Virus record (IMG/VR): IMGVR_UViG_3300021962_000025
Location: 119,759-183,758 of that record
From: a virus
Direction: 5' to 3' (one strand)
Length of the DNA: 64,000 nt
The notes beneath the pieces are model-generated. The model was given only the letters and a program-made list of their open reading frames with translations, was not told the DNA's origin and did not search any database. A program made the position numbers and the translations under genes. This document shows, piece after piece, positions 33,452 to 42,018 of this stretch. Numbering within the stretch: the stretch's first letter is position 1; each line of letters opens with the position of its first letter.

Positions 33452-34144
33452 ATGGAATCTCTTTTAAAAATTTTAAAAAAATTAGACTTACGAACAATAA
33501 TCATTGTTGGTCTTGTGATTTTGTTGCTTTTAAGAAATTGTGGGGGTTCTAACGGAGATAAAGAAATCGTTAAAGTTGACGGTAAGAAATACGAATTAGT
33601 AAAGCATACTGTTGATACCGTCTTCGTCGAGAAAAAAGTTATTGTACCGACTTACGTACCTAAGTATGTTACAAAAGTAGTGACTGAAACTGTCCAAGTA
33701 CCTATAGACGTTGATACTCTTAGTATACTTAAAGACTACTTTGCGACTTATGAGGTTAAAGACACCTTGAATCTAACATACGACTTCCCGTCAAATGTGA
33801 TCGATTCCTTGGGACAGAAACCATCACCCAATTTAGGGTATGGACTTCTAACGGATAAAATTTCCCAAAATCAAATTTTAAGTAGAGACATTACGTGGAA
33901 TTTTAAGATACCCACGGTCTACAATACCACGATTGTTAAGGAATTACCAAAATTAGAATTCTATTACGGTTTTAATTTAGGAATGAATAGTCAGGACCTC
34001 TTTAATAATGCGAGTGGTGGTATTATAATGAAAAGTAAGACTGAGAAGTTATATCAATTGAATTTAGGGGTACAGAACGCCCCAAATGGAGTGGCACCTT
34101 ATGTAGGTGGAGGTTTGTATTGGAAAATTAAACTAAAGAAATAA
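33452..34144 (+). CDS. membrane-anchored, possibly lysis-associated protein (DUF6808/spanin-like)
   Basis: N-terminal TM/lipobox-like LLLLRNC; C-terminal amphipathic beta strands ending YVGGGLYWKIKLKK. Confidence 0.45.
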   Translation: MESLLKILKKLDLRTIIIVGLVILLLLRNCGGSNGDKEIVKVDGKKYELVKHTVDTVFVEKKVIVPTYVPKYVTKVVTETVQVPIDVDTLSILKDYFATYEVKDTLNLTYDFPSNVIDSLGQKPSPNLGYGLLTDKISQNQILSRDITWNFKIPTVYNTTIVKELPKLEFYYGFNLGMNSQDLFNNASGGIIMKSKTEKLYQLNLGVQNAPNGVAPYVGGGLYWKIKLKK

Positions 34145-34587
34145 TGAATAGCTACATTTTGTTTATTTACGGAATGTTCGACGACATTGAAGAAATCGAA
34201 TATTACTGTAATGAAGTTCTTCTTACTAACCCCGTAATCAACGGGTTAAAATTCATTGTGGAAAATACCAAGAACCTAATAATCGTATTAGACTCTGACC
34301 TTCCCCAAGACAAACTCACTCAAGAATTACACAAAGACCTACTTGATCAGAATGTGAAGTTCTATTTTATGTTCAGGAGAGACCAAGTAGTGTCGGCACA
34401 TCTACCAGAACAAGTGAAAAAATTTATATTCGAACCTGTTAAGGACTCGTTTATACAAATTACATATAACAGGGTTCAAAAATCTGAGTCCTTAGACCTT
34501 GACGACCTTCTTGAGAAAATTAAGAAGGACGGTATTGATAGTTTAACATCTGAAGAAAAAAAATTTTTAGATGATTATGAGTATTAA
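34144..34587 (+). CDS. hypothetical protein with C-terminal DUF6576-like motif
   Basis: LDDLLEKIKKDGIDSLTSEEKKFLD. Confidence 0.55.
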   Translation: MNSYILFIYGMFDDIEEIEYYCNEVLLTNPVINGLKFIVENTKNLIIVLDSDLPQDKLTQELHKDLLDQNVKFYFMFRRDQVVSAHLPEQVKKFIFEPVKDSFIQITYNRVQKSESLDLDDLLEKIKKDGIDSLTSEEKKFLDDYEY

Positions 34588-34640
34588 AAAAAATATTTTA
34601 TATTAGTCTTATCGTTCGTTCCACCATAAAAAGTCATCCT

Positions 34641-35447
34641 ATGCATCAAAAACTTAACACGTCCTTCCTTAACACTGAGGAAATCGTCTACTACTTAAAA
34701 GACATTAAAAGAATACCAATCACATCTAATGAGAGACTTAAGGAGATCATCAAAGGTCTTAAGTCTCCATCTATTAGCGAGTCTGATAGAAACTCATTAC
34801 TAAATGAGTTGGTGGTCGGTAATTTAAGATTTGTAATTAGTGTTGCGAAACAATATCAAAACCAAGGATTGGATCTACCTGACCTTATTTCAGAAGGTAA
34901 CATTGGTTTGATGAGAGCCGCCCAAGAATTCGACCCCACAAAAAAGGTTAGGTTTATTTCTTACGCGGTTTGGTGGATAAAACAAAGCATCATGGCATCC
35001 CTGAATGACAATGCCAGAACGATACGAATCCCATCTAATATTATCCAAGACTACCAAAAGGAAAAGAAGAAACCCTTAAAGGAAAATGAGTTAGAATTTA
35101 GTGGAAAGGCTTCACATTTAATCCCATATAGTGTATCTTTAAGTGAACAAATAAATGACGAGGGAGACCAACTGATTGATATTGTGATTAATAAAGATTC
35201 AGTAAGTCCCGATTCTTTTATTGATAGTGAAGAGGACATCAAAAAACAAGTACGTAAGGCTCTCTCCATCTTAGATGATAAAGAGAGGGAGATAGTCGAA
35301 AAATATTTTGGTTTAAATGGTGTCCAATGCAATCTTGAAGACTTAGGTGAGGAGTTTGGTTGTACCAAAGAAAGAATCCGACAAGTTAAAGAGAAGGCAA
35401 TGAAGAAGTTAAGAAATGAGAGTTTTACTCTCCTAAAGTATTTATAA
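34641..35447 (+). CDS. sigma70-family factor resembling the Bacteroidota primary sigma (regions 1.2-4, no region 1.1)
   Basis: NLRFVISVAKQYQNQGLDLPDLISEGNIGL...FISYAVWWIKQ; region-4 HTH LEDLGEEFGCTKERIRQ; preceded by ATGA-N19-TATATTAG at 34577-34607. Confidence 0.93.
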   Translation: MHQKLNTSFLNTEEIVYYLKDIKRIPITSNERLKEIIKGLKSPSISESDRNSLLNELVVGNLRFVISVAKQYQNQGLDLPDLISEGNIGLMRAAQEFDPTKKVRFISYAVWWIKQSIMASLNDNARTIRIPSNIIQDYQKEKKKPLKENELEFSGKASHLIPYSVSLSEQINDEGDQLIDIVINKDSVSPDSFIDSEEDIKKQVRKALSILDDKEREIVEKYFGLNGVQCNLEDLGEEFGCTKERIRQVKEKAMKKLRNESFTLLKYL

Positions 35448-35466
35448 TAAAGTAATTGATATAGTT

Positions 35467-35757
35467 ATGAAAAATTTTTTAGAAAAATATTTTGTAGTGA
35501 TTGTGTTTATTGTCTTGATTCTAACATTCTTTAAAGGATGTGGGGACGGTAGAGAGTTATCAAAGATTAGACAAGAAATACAAGACATAAAAGAAAATAC
35601 CTACTCAAAAGAACAACTTGATTTAAGACTTCAAATAGAGGGTTTAAAGAGTGAACACAGGATGATCCAAGCAACGGATAGAAAAATGTTCGACTTGAAT
35701 AGACAAACCCAAATCGAGAAGGAGTTGGAGGTATTAGAAGGTCAACTCAAGAATTAA
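35467..35757 (+). CDS. TM/lipoprotein-like coiled-coil protein (spanin-like), 96 aa
   Basis: N-terminal hydrophobic helix ending FFKGC, then a coiled coil. Confidence 0.5.
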   Translation: MKNFLEKYFVVIVFIVLILTFFKGCGDGRELSKIRQEIQDIKENTYSKEQLDLRLQIEGLKSEHRMIQATDRKMFDLNRQTQIEKELEVLEGQLKN

Positions 35758-37107
35758 ATGGGTAAATGGTTTAGTAGGAATTTTAGGTCCATAATATACA
35801 TTGCGTTTCTTGTACCAATCATAACAGTCGCAATCGTATCCATTTCTCACGTTACAGTGTGGTATGGTATCTCGAACCCATTGTCTTGGGCGGTATACCT
35901 ATCGATAGGTATTGAAATTGCGGCTCTCTCAGCACTTGCAGCAATATCCGCACAAATGGGATCTAAAGTTTACGTTCCATTTGGTATTGTTACCCTCATA
36001 CAGTTTGTGGGTAACATATTTTTTGCGTTCGAGTTTATCAAGATAGATTCGGTACAATTCCTATCGTGGGTTGAACTCACAGGACCAATCTTAGAGTATA
36101 CAGGTATTGAACAGGGTGACCTACAATCACACAGAAGATTCTTGGCAATCTTCGCGGGTGGGATGTTACCACTTATATCCTTATCGTTCCTTCACATGTT
36201 GGTTAAGTTCAATGAGGAGAACACTATTAAATCTAAAGAGAATAAAGAAGATGAAACTCCAAAGGAGGAACCAATTCAAGCTTCAGACTTAGTTGCTGAA
36301 GTTTCTCGTTTTAGACCTAGTGAAGAAGACTTACAAAACTTGGAGGACTTACTTAATAAGTTCAAACCCGAGGAAGAAAAAAAAAGACCCACTAAAGAAG
36401 AACAAAGAGAGATCCTAACTCAAATGATGAGAGAGTCTGAGGAAATGGGACTCTATGATGAACCGTTTGATAATCCATTGATTAAAGAGGAGACACCAGA
36501 ACCACCATCGTGGTTAAATGAGGTGCCAGAACCAACCGAAGAAGATTATAGAGATTGGGATGTTACCTTGACAGATGGTTTAGATCAAGATGTGACGTGG
36601 GATGAAGACCATGCATTGGATATGGTAATGAATGATATGGTATCTGATTTATCTGAAGAAGAGGTCCGAAGTCTTATCGACGAAACGGAGACAGAACCAT
36701 CCCTAACATCAGAAGAGATTAGAAAAATTGAAGTAGTACTGGATGAACTACCAACACCGAGAAATAATTTTGACGTTAATGTTGTGGTATCCGAATTACC
36801 TGATGAGGTAGTAGATGAAATTATTGAATCAGAGGAATTTGAAGTAGAGGATGATTATGAAATCGTTATACCTAAGAAAGTTCCTAACAAATATGAACAA
36901 ATAGAGGAGTACCTTAAATACACGAGAGGATACGACGATATAGAAGAGAATATAGGTGACGCACAATTACCTGATAAAATAGAAAGTGCCGAGTTGGATT
37001 TAGATAGTGGAAAGATAATTTTACCAACACCACAACCAACACCTAACTTTAATTTTAGAACCCCTCTACCACTACAGGATCAAGAAGACCCTGAAAAAAA
37101 AAATTAG
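35758..37107 (+). CDS. multi-pass membrane protein with a long acidic tail, 449 aa
   Basis: About four N-terminal TM helices and an E/D/P-rich C-terminus; ends in an A10 tract just before TAG. Confidence 0.75.
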   Translation: MGKWFSRNFRSIIYIAFLVPIITVAIVSISHVTVWYGISNPLSWAVYLSIGIEIAALSALAAISAQMGSKVYVPFGIVTLIQFVGNIFFAFEFIKIDSVQFLSWVELTGPILEYTGIEQGDLQSHRRFLAIFAGGMLPLISLSFLHMLVKFNEENTIKSKENKEDETPKEEPIQASDLVAEVSRFRPSEEDLQNLEDLLNKFKPEEEKKRPTKEEQREILTQMMRESEEMGLYDEPFDNPLIKEETPEPPSWLNEVPEPTEEDYRDWDVTLTDGLDQDVTWDEDHALDMVMNDMVSDLSEEEVRSLIDETETEPSLTSEEIRKIEVVLDELPTPRNNFDVNVVVSELPDEVVDEIIESEEFEVEDDYEIVIPKKVPNKYEQIEEYLKYTRGYDDIEENIGDAQLPDKIESAELDLDSGKIILPTPQPTPNFNFRTPLPLQDQEDPEKKN

Positions 37108-37382
37108 TAGAGGAAACACCTACAGAAACCCCAATCCCAACATCAACCTCGGAACCTACTAATACTCCGACCGAAACTGTTTCACCCACACCCACGGTGA
37201 CACCTACATCAACAGTTTTACCAACACCAACACCATCACCAACAGAAACTCCATATGTTGATGATTTATACTTAGAAAGTGGGGCGGATCAAATTCCGGT
37301 ACCACAATCACCATACTTAAAATTGGGGTCTAAAGTAATTGTGAGAAATGTTGGAAATACGAGACGTAGAAACAATAGATAA
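37095..37382 (+). CDS. -1 frame continuation of 35758..37107 (frameshift extension; KKKLVEETPTETP...RRRNNR)
   Basis: Frame opens exactly at the A10 tract (TGA at 37092-37094), lacks an ATG, and encodes a PT-rich linker like other genes here. Confidence 0.6.
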   Translation, partial: KKKLVEETPTETPIPTSTSEPTNTPTETVSPTPTVTPTSTVLPTPTPSPTETPYVDDLYLESGADQIPVPQSPYLKLGSKVIVRNVGNTRRRNNR

Positions 37383-37950
37383 AAATTCTTTAAATATTAA
37401 TAGAAGAAAATCTAAGAAAAAACAGATACTTCTCTACGATACTAAAAGACGTATTGATGATTTTGTTAATAAATTAAAATATCGACAAAATGGTCAATAT
37501 GAAGATATTCCACACTTTATCATAAGTAAGTTGGGACATGTTTATAGGGTTATGGACCCCCAATACTCATCTAATACGTTTGGTCAACCCAACATCGACA
37601 AAAAACAAATAAAAATCGCAGTAGAAAATCTCGGTTGGTTAAATAAAAATACCATTACCGGATACTACACTAATTGGGTGGGAGACCCGTATAGGTCGGA
37701 ACCTTATGTTAGGAGTTGGAGGGATAAATTCTATTGGGATAGGTATCCCGAGACACAGATGGAGTCCATTGTACAGTTATGTATAAAGTTATGTGATGAG
37801 TTTAACATTAAGACTAGAGTTGTGCCATCTCATGGATTTATAGAAAATGCGGATAAATTCGAGGGAATACTATGTAAATCCAACTTTTCAAATATTTATA
37901 CAGATATAAACCCTTCGTTTAATTTTAAAATATTTTTAGAAAATGAATAA
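37348..37950 (+). CDS. N-acetylmuramoyl-L-alanine amidase-like protein (Amidase_2), Zn ligands apparently altered
   Basis: PHFII...G.VY, IAVENLGWL, YPETQMESI...L; LLYDT replaces the usual HHT. Confidence 0.6.
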   Translation: MLEIRDVETIDKNSLNINRRKSKKKQILLYDTKRRIDDFVNKLKYRQNGQYEDIPHFIISKLGHVYRVMDPQYSSNTFGQPNIDKKQIKIAVENLGWLNKNTITGYYTNWVGDPYRSEPYVRSWRDKFYWDRYPETQMESIVQLCIKLCDEFNIKTRVVPSHGFIENADKFEGILCKSNFSNIYTDINPSFNFKIFLENE

Positions 37951-38437
37951 AACATACATGAACTACGATAATACAAAGAAGATGTTAAACACATTGAGAA
38001 ACCTCAATGAGTCACATTTTCCAAAGAAAACTCTTTCCGAACAAGAAGAGGAGAAAAAATTAAATGATTCGGTAATAATTGTGGATGGTGTTGAGGTGAG
38101 AATGATTGCATCCACCGACGAAGATTTACAATTAGATGATCAACAAAAAAAGATCATATCAGACGTTATTTCTAATTTTGGTACTCAGGTATCTGATTTG
38201 GGAGATCTACGTCCAGGATTCACCATACAGTCAAATCAAATACGTTTAGATGGTACATTACCTGACGTAGAATTGGATTTTGTAATTATTGCGGGTTCTA
38301 ACAAAGGAGTGTACTTAAACACAGCAATGTTAAAGGTGACCTATGATTTGTTAGAATCGATTGAAAAACTATTAAAATTTGAAGATGTGTTTGCGGATTC
38401 TGTAAACGAATTAATTGTACAAAGAAGAATAGATTAA
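37943..38437 (+). CDS. hypothetical protein, possible internal head protein
   Basis: ORF; LNE/LSE motifs near the N-terminus. Confidence 0.55.
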   Translation: MNKTYMNYDNTKKMLNTLRNLNESHFPKKTLSEQEEEKKLNDSVIIVDGVEVRMIASTDEDLQLDDQQKKIISDVISNFGTQVSDLGDLRPGFTIQSNQIRLDGTLPDVELDFVIIAGSNKGVYLNTAMLKVTYDLLESIEKLLKFEDVFADSVNELIVQRRID

Positions 38438-38438
38438 G

Positions 38439-38678
38439 ATGTCATTAACCGCTACAGATAAAAAAGATATAGAATCAATCGTTAAGAAAGAAATGAAAGA
38501 CTTTCTTAATACCACTCAAGCACATAAGATTGTGGTTGACATGGTTAAGAAAGAAATGGGTACGAGAGATATTAACGATAAGGTTGTAGAATTATCCACA
38601 AAGGTGGTTGTTGAATTATTTAAACAATTATGGCAACGTAAGTCCTTTTGGGAGGGTCCTTTAAAAAATGTGAGATAA
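38439..38678 (+). CDS. hypothetical protein, 79 aa
   Basis: Tightly packed ORF in the operon. Confidence 0.65.
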   Translation: MSLTATDKKDIESIVKKEMKDFLNTTQAHKIVVDMVKKEMGTRDINDKVVELSTKVVVELFKQLWQRKSFWEGPLKNVR

Positions 38679-39175
38679 TGAAAAAAGAAACTAAAGAAGC
38701 TACAATGGCGGGATCTGCAGGGTCTTTTGTTGCCCCTATGGGATTCATCACGAAAAAGGAGATATATAAGATCCACAACAAAAAAAAGTACAACCCTAAA
38801 GACATCAAGGAAGAGGAAGAATTTACCGAAGCAACCACCACAGCAACCTCTGCGGGTGGGATGTACGACGCCCCATTTGGTGACGGGGCAAGTAACCCAT
38901 TAAAAATCGGAGGACCAAACACTATTAAAAAAAGAATGAAAAAACTCCAAAAGAAGAACTTCCCTAAATGGGGTGGTCCTGAAGGAGTGTATGTTGCGGT
39001 CAAAGAGAAATGTAAAAAATATCCATATTGTAATCAAGGTGATGTAAATGCGTTGGAATTCTATGAGAATGAGGAATTAAACGAGGCAGTAAATCAGATA
39101 TCAAAAAAGTATGGATTACCACGTAAGGAAGTGGAGAAACTAGTGATAAAAGAGATAAAGAGTATATTTATATAA
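38678..39175 (+). CDS. hypothetical protein
   Basis: ATG 38678 coupled to the upstream TAA and preferred over TTG 38648. Confidence 0.65.
   Translation: MKKETKEATMAGSAGSFVAPMGFITKKEIYKIHNKKKYNPKDIKEEEEFTEATTTATSAGGMYDAPFGDGASNPLKIGGPNTIKKRMKKLQKKNFPKWGGPEGVYVAVKEKCKKYPYCNQGDVNALEFYENEELNEAVNQISKKYGLPRKEVEKLVIKEIKSIFI
39165..39172 (+). promoter_or_regulatory. putative late promoter element TATTTATA
   Basis: Upstream of ATG 39177. Confidence 0.5.
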
Positions 39176-39176
39176 T

Positions 39177-40322
39177 ATGAAAGTTTCAGAATTAAATAAA
39201 ATTATAGAGGAAACTCTCGAAAACGAGGTTAAAACCACCATCATTAAAGAAAGTGAGGGTAGTAAAACCGCATATTGTATTAAATGTGAGGGAGAATACA
39301 TTGAGATTTGTGACACAAAAGAAGAGGCAGATCAAAAATGTGAAGAGTATAATAAAAACAACCCCGACAAGAAATATGTCGTGGAAACAGAAACCTACGA
39401 ATCCAAAGAAGAGTTATTAGATAAAATGGATGAGTTAGGTGAAGAATTAGATTCAGAAAACATGGAAAAAAATCAACCAATGGACGAAAAATTACACGGC
39501 GACCAACACAAGTTGGACGTGGATAACGATGGGGAGATCGAAGCATCTGATCTTGCATCCTTGAGAAAAGGAGATACTAACGAATCAAATGTTGAAGATA
39601 GTATCGATGACATCCAATGCGAAAAATGTGGAAAGTCCGATTGTGAGTGTTCTGATTCCGAAGAAGATTTGGAAGAGGGTACATGTGAAAAATGCGGTAA
39701 ACAATTATGTGAATGTGGTGAGTTATATGAAACCAAAAAAGAACGTAAAGTTCTAAGGTTGACCGAATCACAGTTGGTGGACATGATTTCTAAGATTGTT
39801 AGTGAATCGGTTCCAGGTTTAACCGCGGTAGAAAACGCACATAAGGGTACTGAAAAAGAGACTAAAGAACATATGGGTCAAGTAGATAAGAAAATTAAAG
39901 ACGCATTATCAATTGAGGGTAATGATAACCCCGAATTCCCTAAAGCGGTAGGTAAAGGTGAAAAAATGGCGGTGAACAACACTGATGAAATGGACGAAGA
40001 AATGTCTATGGATAGAGGTGAAGGAGCACTTGATTTAGATTATGACCATGAACCTTCAGAATCCTTCAAGGATAGAGTTAAGAAAGCTTTAGAAGGTGAT
40101 TCTACAATGGGTAATGCTGACGGTGGTAACACCGTTCCAACAGATACAGGTAAGAAGTTGGCGGACATTGCTGAAAAGAGAAAGAAACACAAAGAAGAAG
40201 CTCCAATGTACGTTAAAGATGTACAACCTGTAAATGAAACTGTGGAGAAAAAGAAAACTTTGTTGGAGGAGGAAATCGAAAAAATGAAGAAAATTTCATC
40301 TTACAACGAAAAGACTCAGTAA
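39177..40322 (+). CDS. acidic protein with EF-hand-like loop and two CxxC ribbons, probable internal head/scaffold protein
   Basis: LHGDQHKLDVDNDGEIEASDLASLRK; CEKCGK x2; LRLTESQLVDMISKIVSE. Confidence 0.55.
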   Translation: MKVSELNKIIEETLENEVKTTIIKESEGSKTAYCIKCEGEYIEICDTKEEADQKCEEYNKNNPDKKYVVETETYESKEELLDKMDELGEELDSENMEKNQPMDEKLHGDQHKLDVDNDGEIEASDLASLRKGDTNESNVEDSIDDIQCEKCGKSDCECSDSEEDLEEGTCEKCGKQLCECGELYETKKERKVLRLTESQLVDMISKIVSESVPGLTAVENAHKGTEKETKEHMGQVDKKIKDALSIEGNDNPEFPKAVGKGEKMAVNNTDEMDEEMSMDRGEGALDLDYDHEPSESFKDRVKKALEGDSTMGNADGGNTVPTDTGKKLADIAEKRKKHKEEAPMYVKDVQPVNETVEKKKTLLEEEIEKMKKISSYNEKTQ

Positions 40323-40366
40323 TCTGATTGTCTTTATTTTCTTTTTTTCTTATATTCTTATTAGAA

Positions 40367-40822
40367 ATGGAAAATAAAGATACATTCATAAAAAATATTT
40401 TGGACAAGGATAGTCAAGGATACCAGACGGAAGTCTGGTATCGTGCTTATGGTATATCTATGGAGAAGATCGAATTGTTTTATGACCTAACAAATTCAGT
40501 TTATGAATTGGTGGATAAAACGTATTTGGGCCCAGATGCAGTAATTACTGAAGAAGAACAAAAAACCCACTTCACATGGTGTTGGGACAAGGTGGTTGAC
40601 GACCTATCAAAAGAAAAGATCCATTTTAATAAAAGGGGCTTCCATTATGAATATTTTTGGGATTTCTTCCTAGAATCGTTTTATTATCCCCAAATGGACG
40701 GGAATGAGGTTAAAATAAAGGAATACCTTTACCGTCTGTTTGATTACAAACATAAAAAGACAAGGTCTGAGTTAGGTGTTTTAACAGAAATATACAAATT
40801 ATTAGAAAACAACTTGACCTAA
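40367..40822 (+). CDS. hypothetical protein
   Basis: ATG 40367 follows TTGT-N19-TATATTCT at 40328-40358. Confidence 0.65.
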   Translation: MENKDTFIKNILDKDSQGYQTEVWYRAYGISMEKIELFYDLTNSVYELVDKTYLGPDAVITEEEQKTHFTWCWDKVVDDLSKEKIHFNKRGFHYEYFWDFFLESFYYPQMDGNEVKIKEYLYRLFDYKHKKTRSELGVLTEIYKLLENNLT

Positions 40823-40844
40823 ACAAAAAAATTCCGTATATTAG
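40814..40844 (+). promoter_or_regulatory. Bacteroidota-type promoter (TTGA-N19-TATATTAG)
   Basis: Consensus match upstream of the Hc1-like gene. Confidence 0.65.
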
Positions 40845-40864
40845 TATCAAAAACGTAATAATAT

Positions 40865-41047
40865 ATGGAAACGTTGTATAAAATCAAGGACCTCGTAGAG
40901 AAGATGTCGGTCGATACCCATAAAGTTTACGATAAGGGTAATAGGTCGGCATCTATTCGTGCTAGAAAGTACGCACAAGAAATAAAAACTCTAATTTCTT
41001 CATATAGAAAAGAGATTTTAGACGAAATCAAGAGACATGATAAATAA
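40865..41047 (+). CDS. Bacteroidota-type histone H1-like (Hc1) nucleoid protein
   Basis: KGNRSASIRARK..QEIK..I...RK resembles the GNKAAGTRARK motif of this family. Confidence 0.7.
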   Translation: METLYKIKDLVEKMSVDTHKVYDKGNRSASIRARKYAQEIKTLISSYRKEILDEIKRHDK

Positions 41048-41216
41048 TATTGAGTTGTACTTTTTAGTACTTTCTATTGTTTTTATATCTAGGTTTGTTT
41101 TAGAGTTTGTTATAAAGTTTTTCTCCACTGACGCGGAGCCTATCAAACTTACACTCTACGAAAAGACAATAACTTATTTTGCCGTTTCATATATAATAAC
41201 ATATATTTTAATTTAA
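41037..41216 (+). CDS. small two-TM membrane protein, 59 aa (below the ORF-track cutoff)
   Basis: Translated by hand: MINNIELYFLVLSIVFISRFVLEFVIKFFSTDAEPIKLTLYEKTITYFAVSYIITYILI; fills the gap exactly. Confidence 0.65.
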   Translation: MINNIELYFLVLSIVFISRFVLEFVIKFFSTDAEPIKLTLYEKTITYFAVSYIITYILI

Positions 41217-41223
41217 AACCATA

Positions 41224-41745
41224 GTGTATAAATTTATAGAATCATTAAGACCCTATTTCTTTTCTTTAAGAGAAATAAAAGAAAACGTTAGTTTAGACTT
41301 AAAACTTCCCGTTTCGTGGAAGTATGAACAAATTGCTCAAGTCTATAAAACTCTCCAAATAAAAATTCAGGATAAAAACGATAAGAGTGTTTTGGTGTCC
41401 TTTGTTTCGACAGCGACCGAAGATGGTTACGAAACGGTTCATCGTTGTGCCAATGAGGTTGTTGAAAAGAATTTAGAGGAGGAGAAGAAACGAGAACTTT
41501 TTGAAAAGAAAGTTAGAGAAATGAGGGAGATATTCGATAAATTAGGTTTAGACGAATTAGAAAAAATAAAGTTCGATAAAGATGCCAAAGAATACGACAC
41601 AGAAGGACTTAGATTGGTTGGAGAAGGAGATGAAGAAAGATCAGTTGGAGTTGGAGAATCAGAAGATGAAGATGATTCGAGAACTGAAGATGATGAACAG
41701 GGAGGATTTTTTCCAATCTCCACCAAAAAAGTCAAGAACAAATAA
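41224..41745 (+). CDS. hypothetical coiled-coil protein with acidic tail
   Basis: GTG start; 173 aa. Confidence 0.65.
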   Translation: MYKFIESLRPYFFSLREIKENVSLDLKLPVSWKYEQIAQVYKTLQIKIQDKNDKSVLVSFVSTATEDGYETVHRCANEVVEKNLEEEKKRELFEKKVREMREIFDKLGLDELEKIKFDKDAKEYDTEGLRLVGEGDEERSVGVGESEDEDDSRTEDDEQGGFFPISTKKVKNK

Positions 41746-41782
41746 ATTTTTTGATAAGTTAAAAAAGATATTCGGATTATGA
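41582..41782 (+). CDS. hypothetical protein, 66 aa, overlapping the previous gene in the +1 frame
   Basis: Helical charge pattern with amphipathic C-terminus; stop overlaps the next ATG (ATGA). Confidence 0.55.
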   Translation: MPKNTTQKDLDWLEKEMKKDQLELENQKMKMIRELKMMNREDFFQSPPKKSRTNKFFDKLKKIFGL

Positions 41783-42018
41783 GTCAGAAAAAGGGAGACT
41801 TACTAAATCAAATTGCCATTATTTCTGATCTACTTGAAAAAGTTAACGTTAAGTCAAAAAACACTACCGCATTTTTTGAGGTAGACGATAAAGAGTTTGA
41901 TAGAATAAAAAAATATGTTGAGGGAAAATACGAATCCGACATTGACGACGCGGATAACTCTACGTTTTCAATACTAATCGGGGAAACCGCATTCGTATTT
42001 AGTAAGAATAGTGTCTAA
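41779..42018 (+). CDS. hypothetical protein, 79 aa
   Basis: Coupled ORF converging on the minus-strand gene. Confidence 0.6.
   Translation: MSQKKGDLLNQIAIISDLLEKVNVKSKNTTAFFEVDDKEFDRIKKYVEGKYESDIDDADNSTFSILIGETAFVFSKNSV

Noticed and set aside
37105-37110. Stop-codon reassignment or read-through (TAG TAG)
   Set aside because: TAA, TAG and TGA all end well-bounded genes, and the continuation here is in the -1 frame, not in frame.
38620-39003. 127-aa hydrophobic minus-strand ORF
   Set aside because: Antisense shadow of a Lys/Glu-rich + strand gene.
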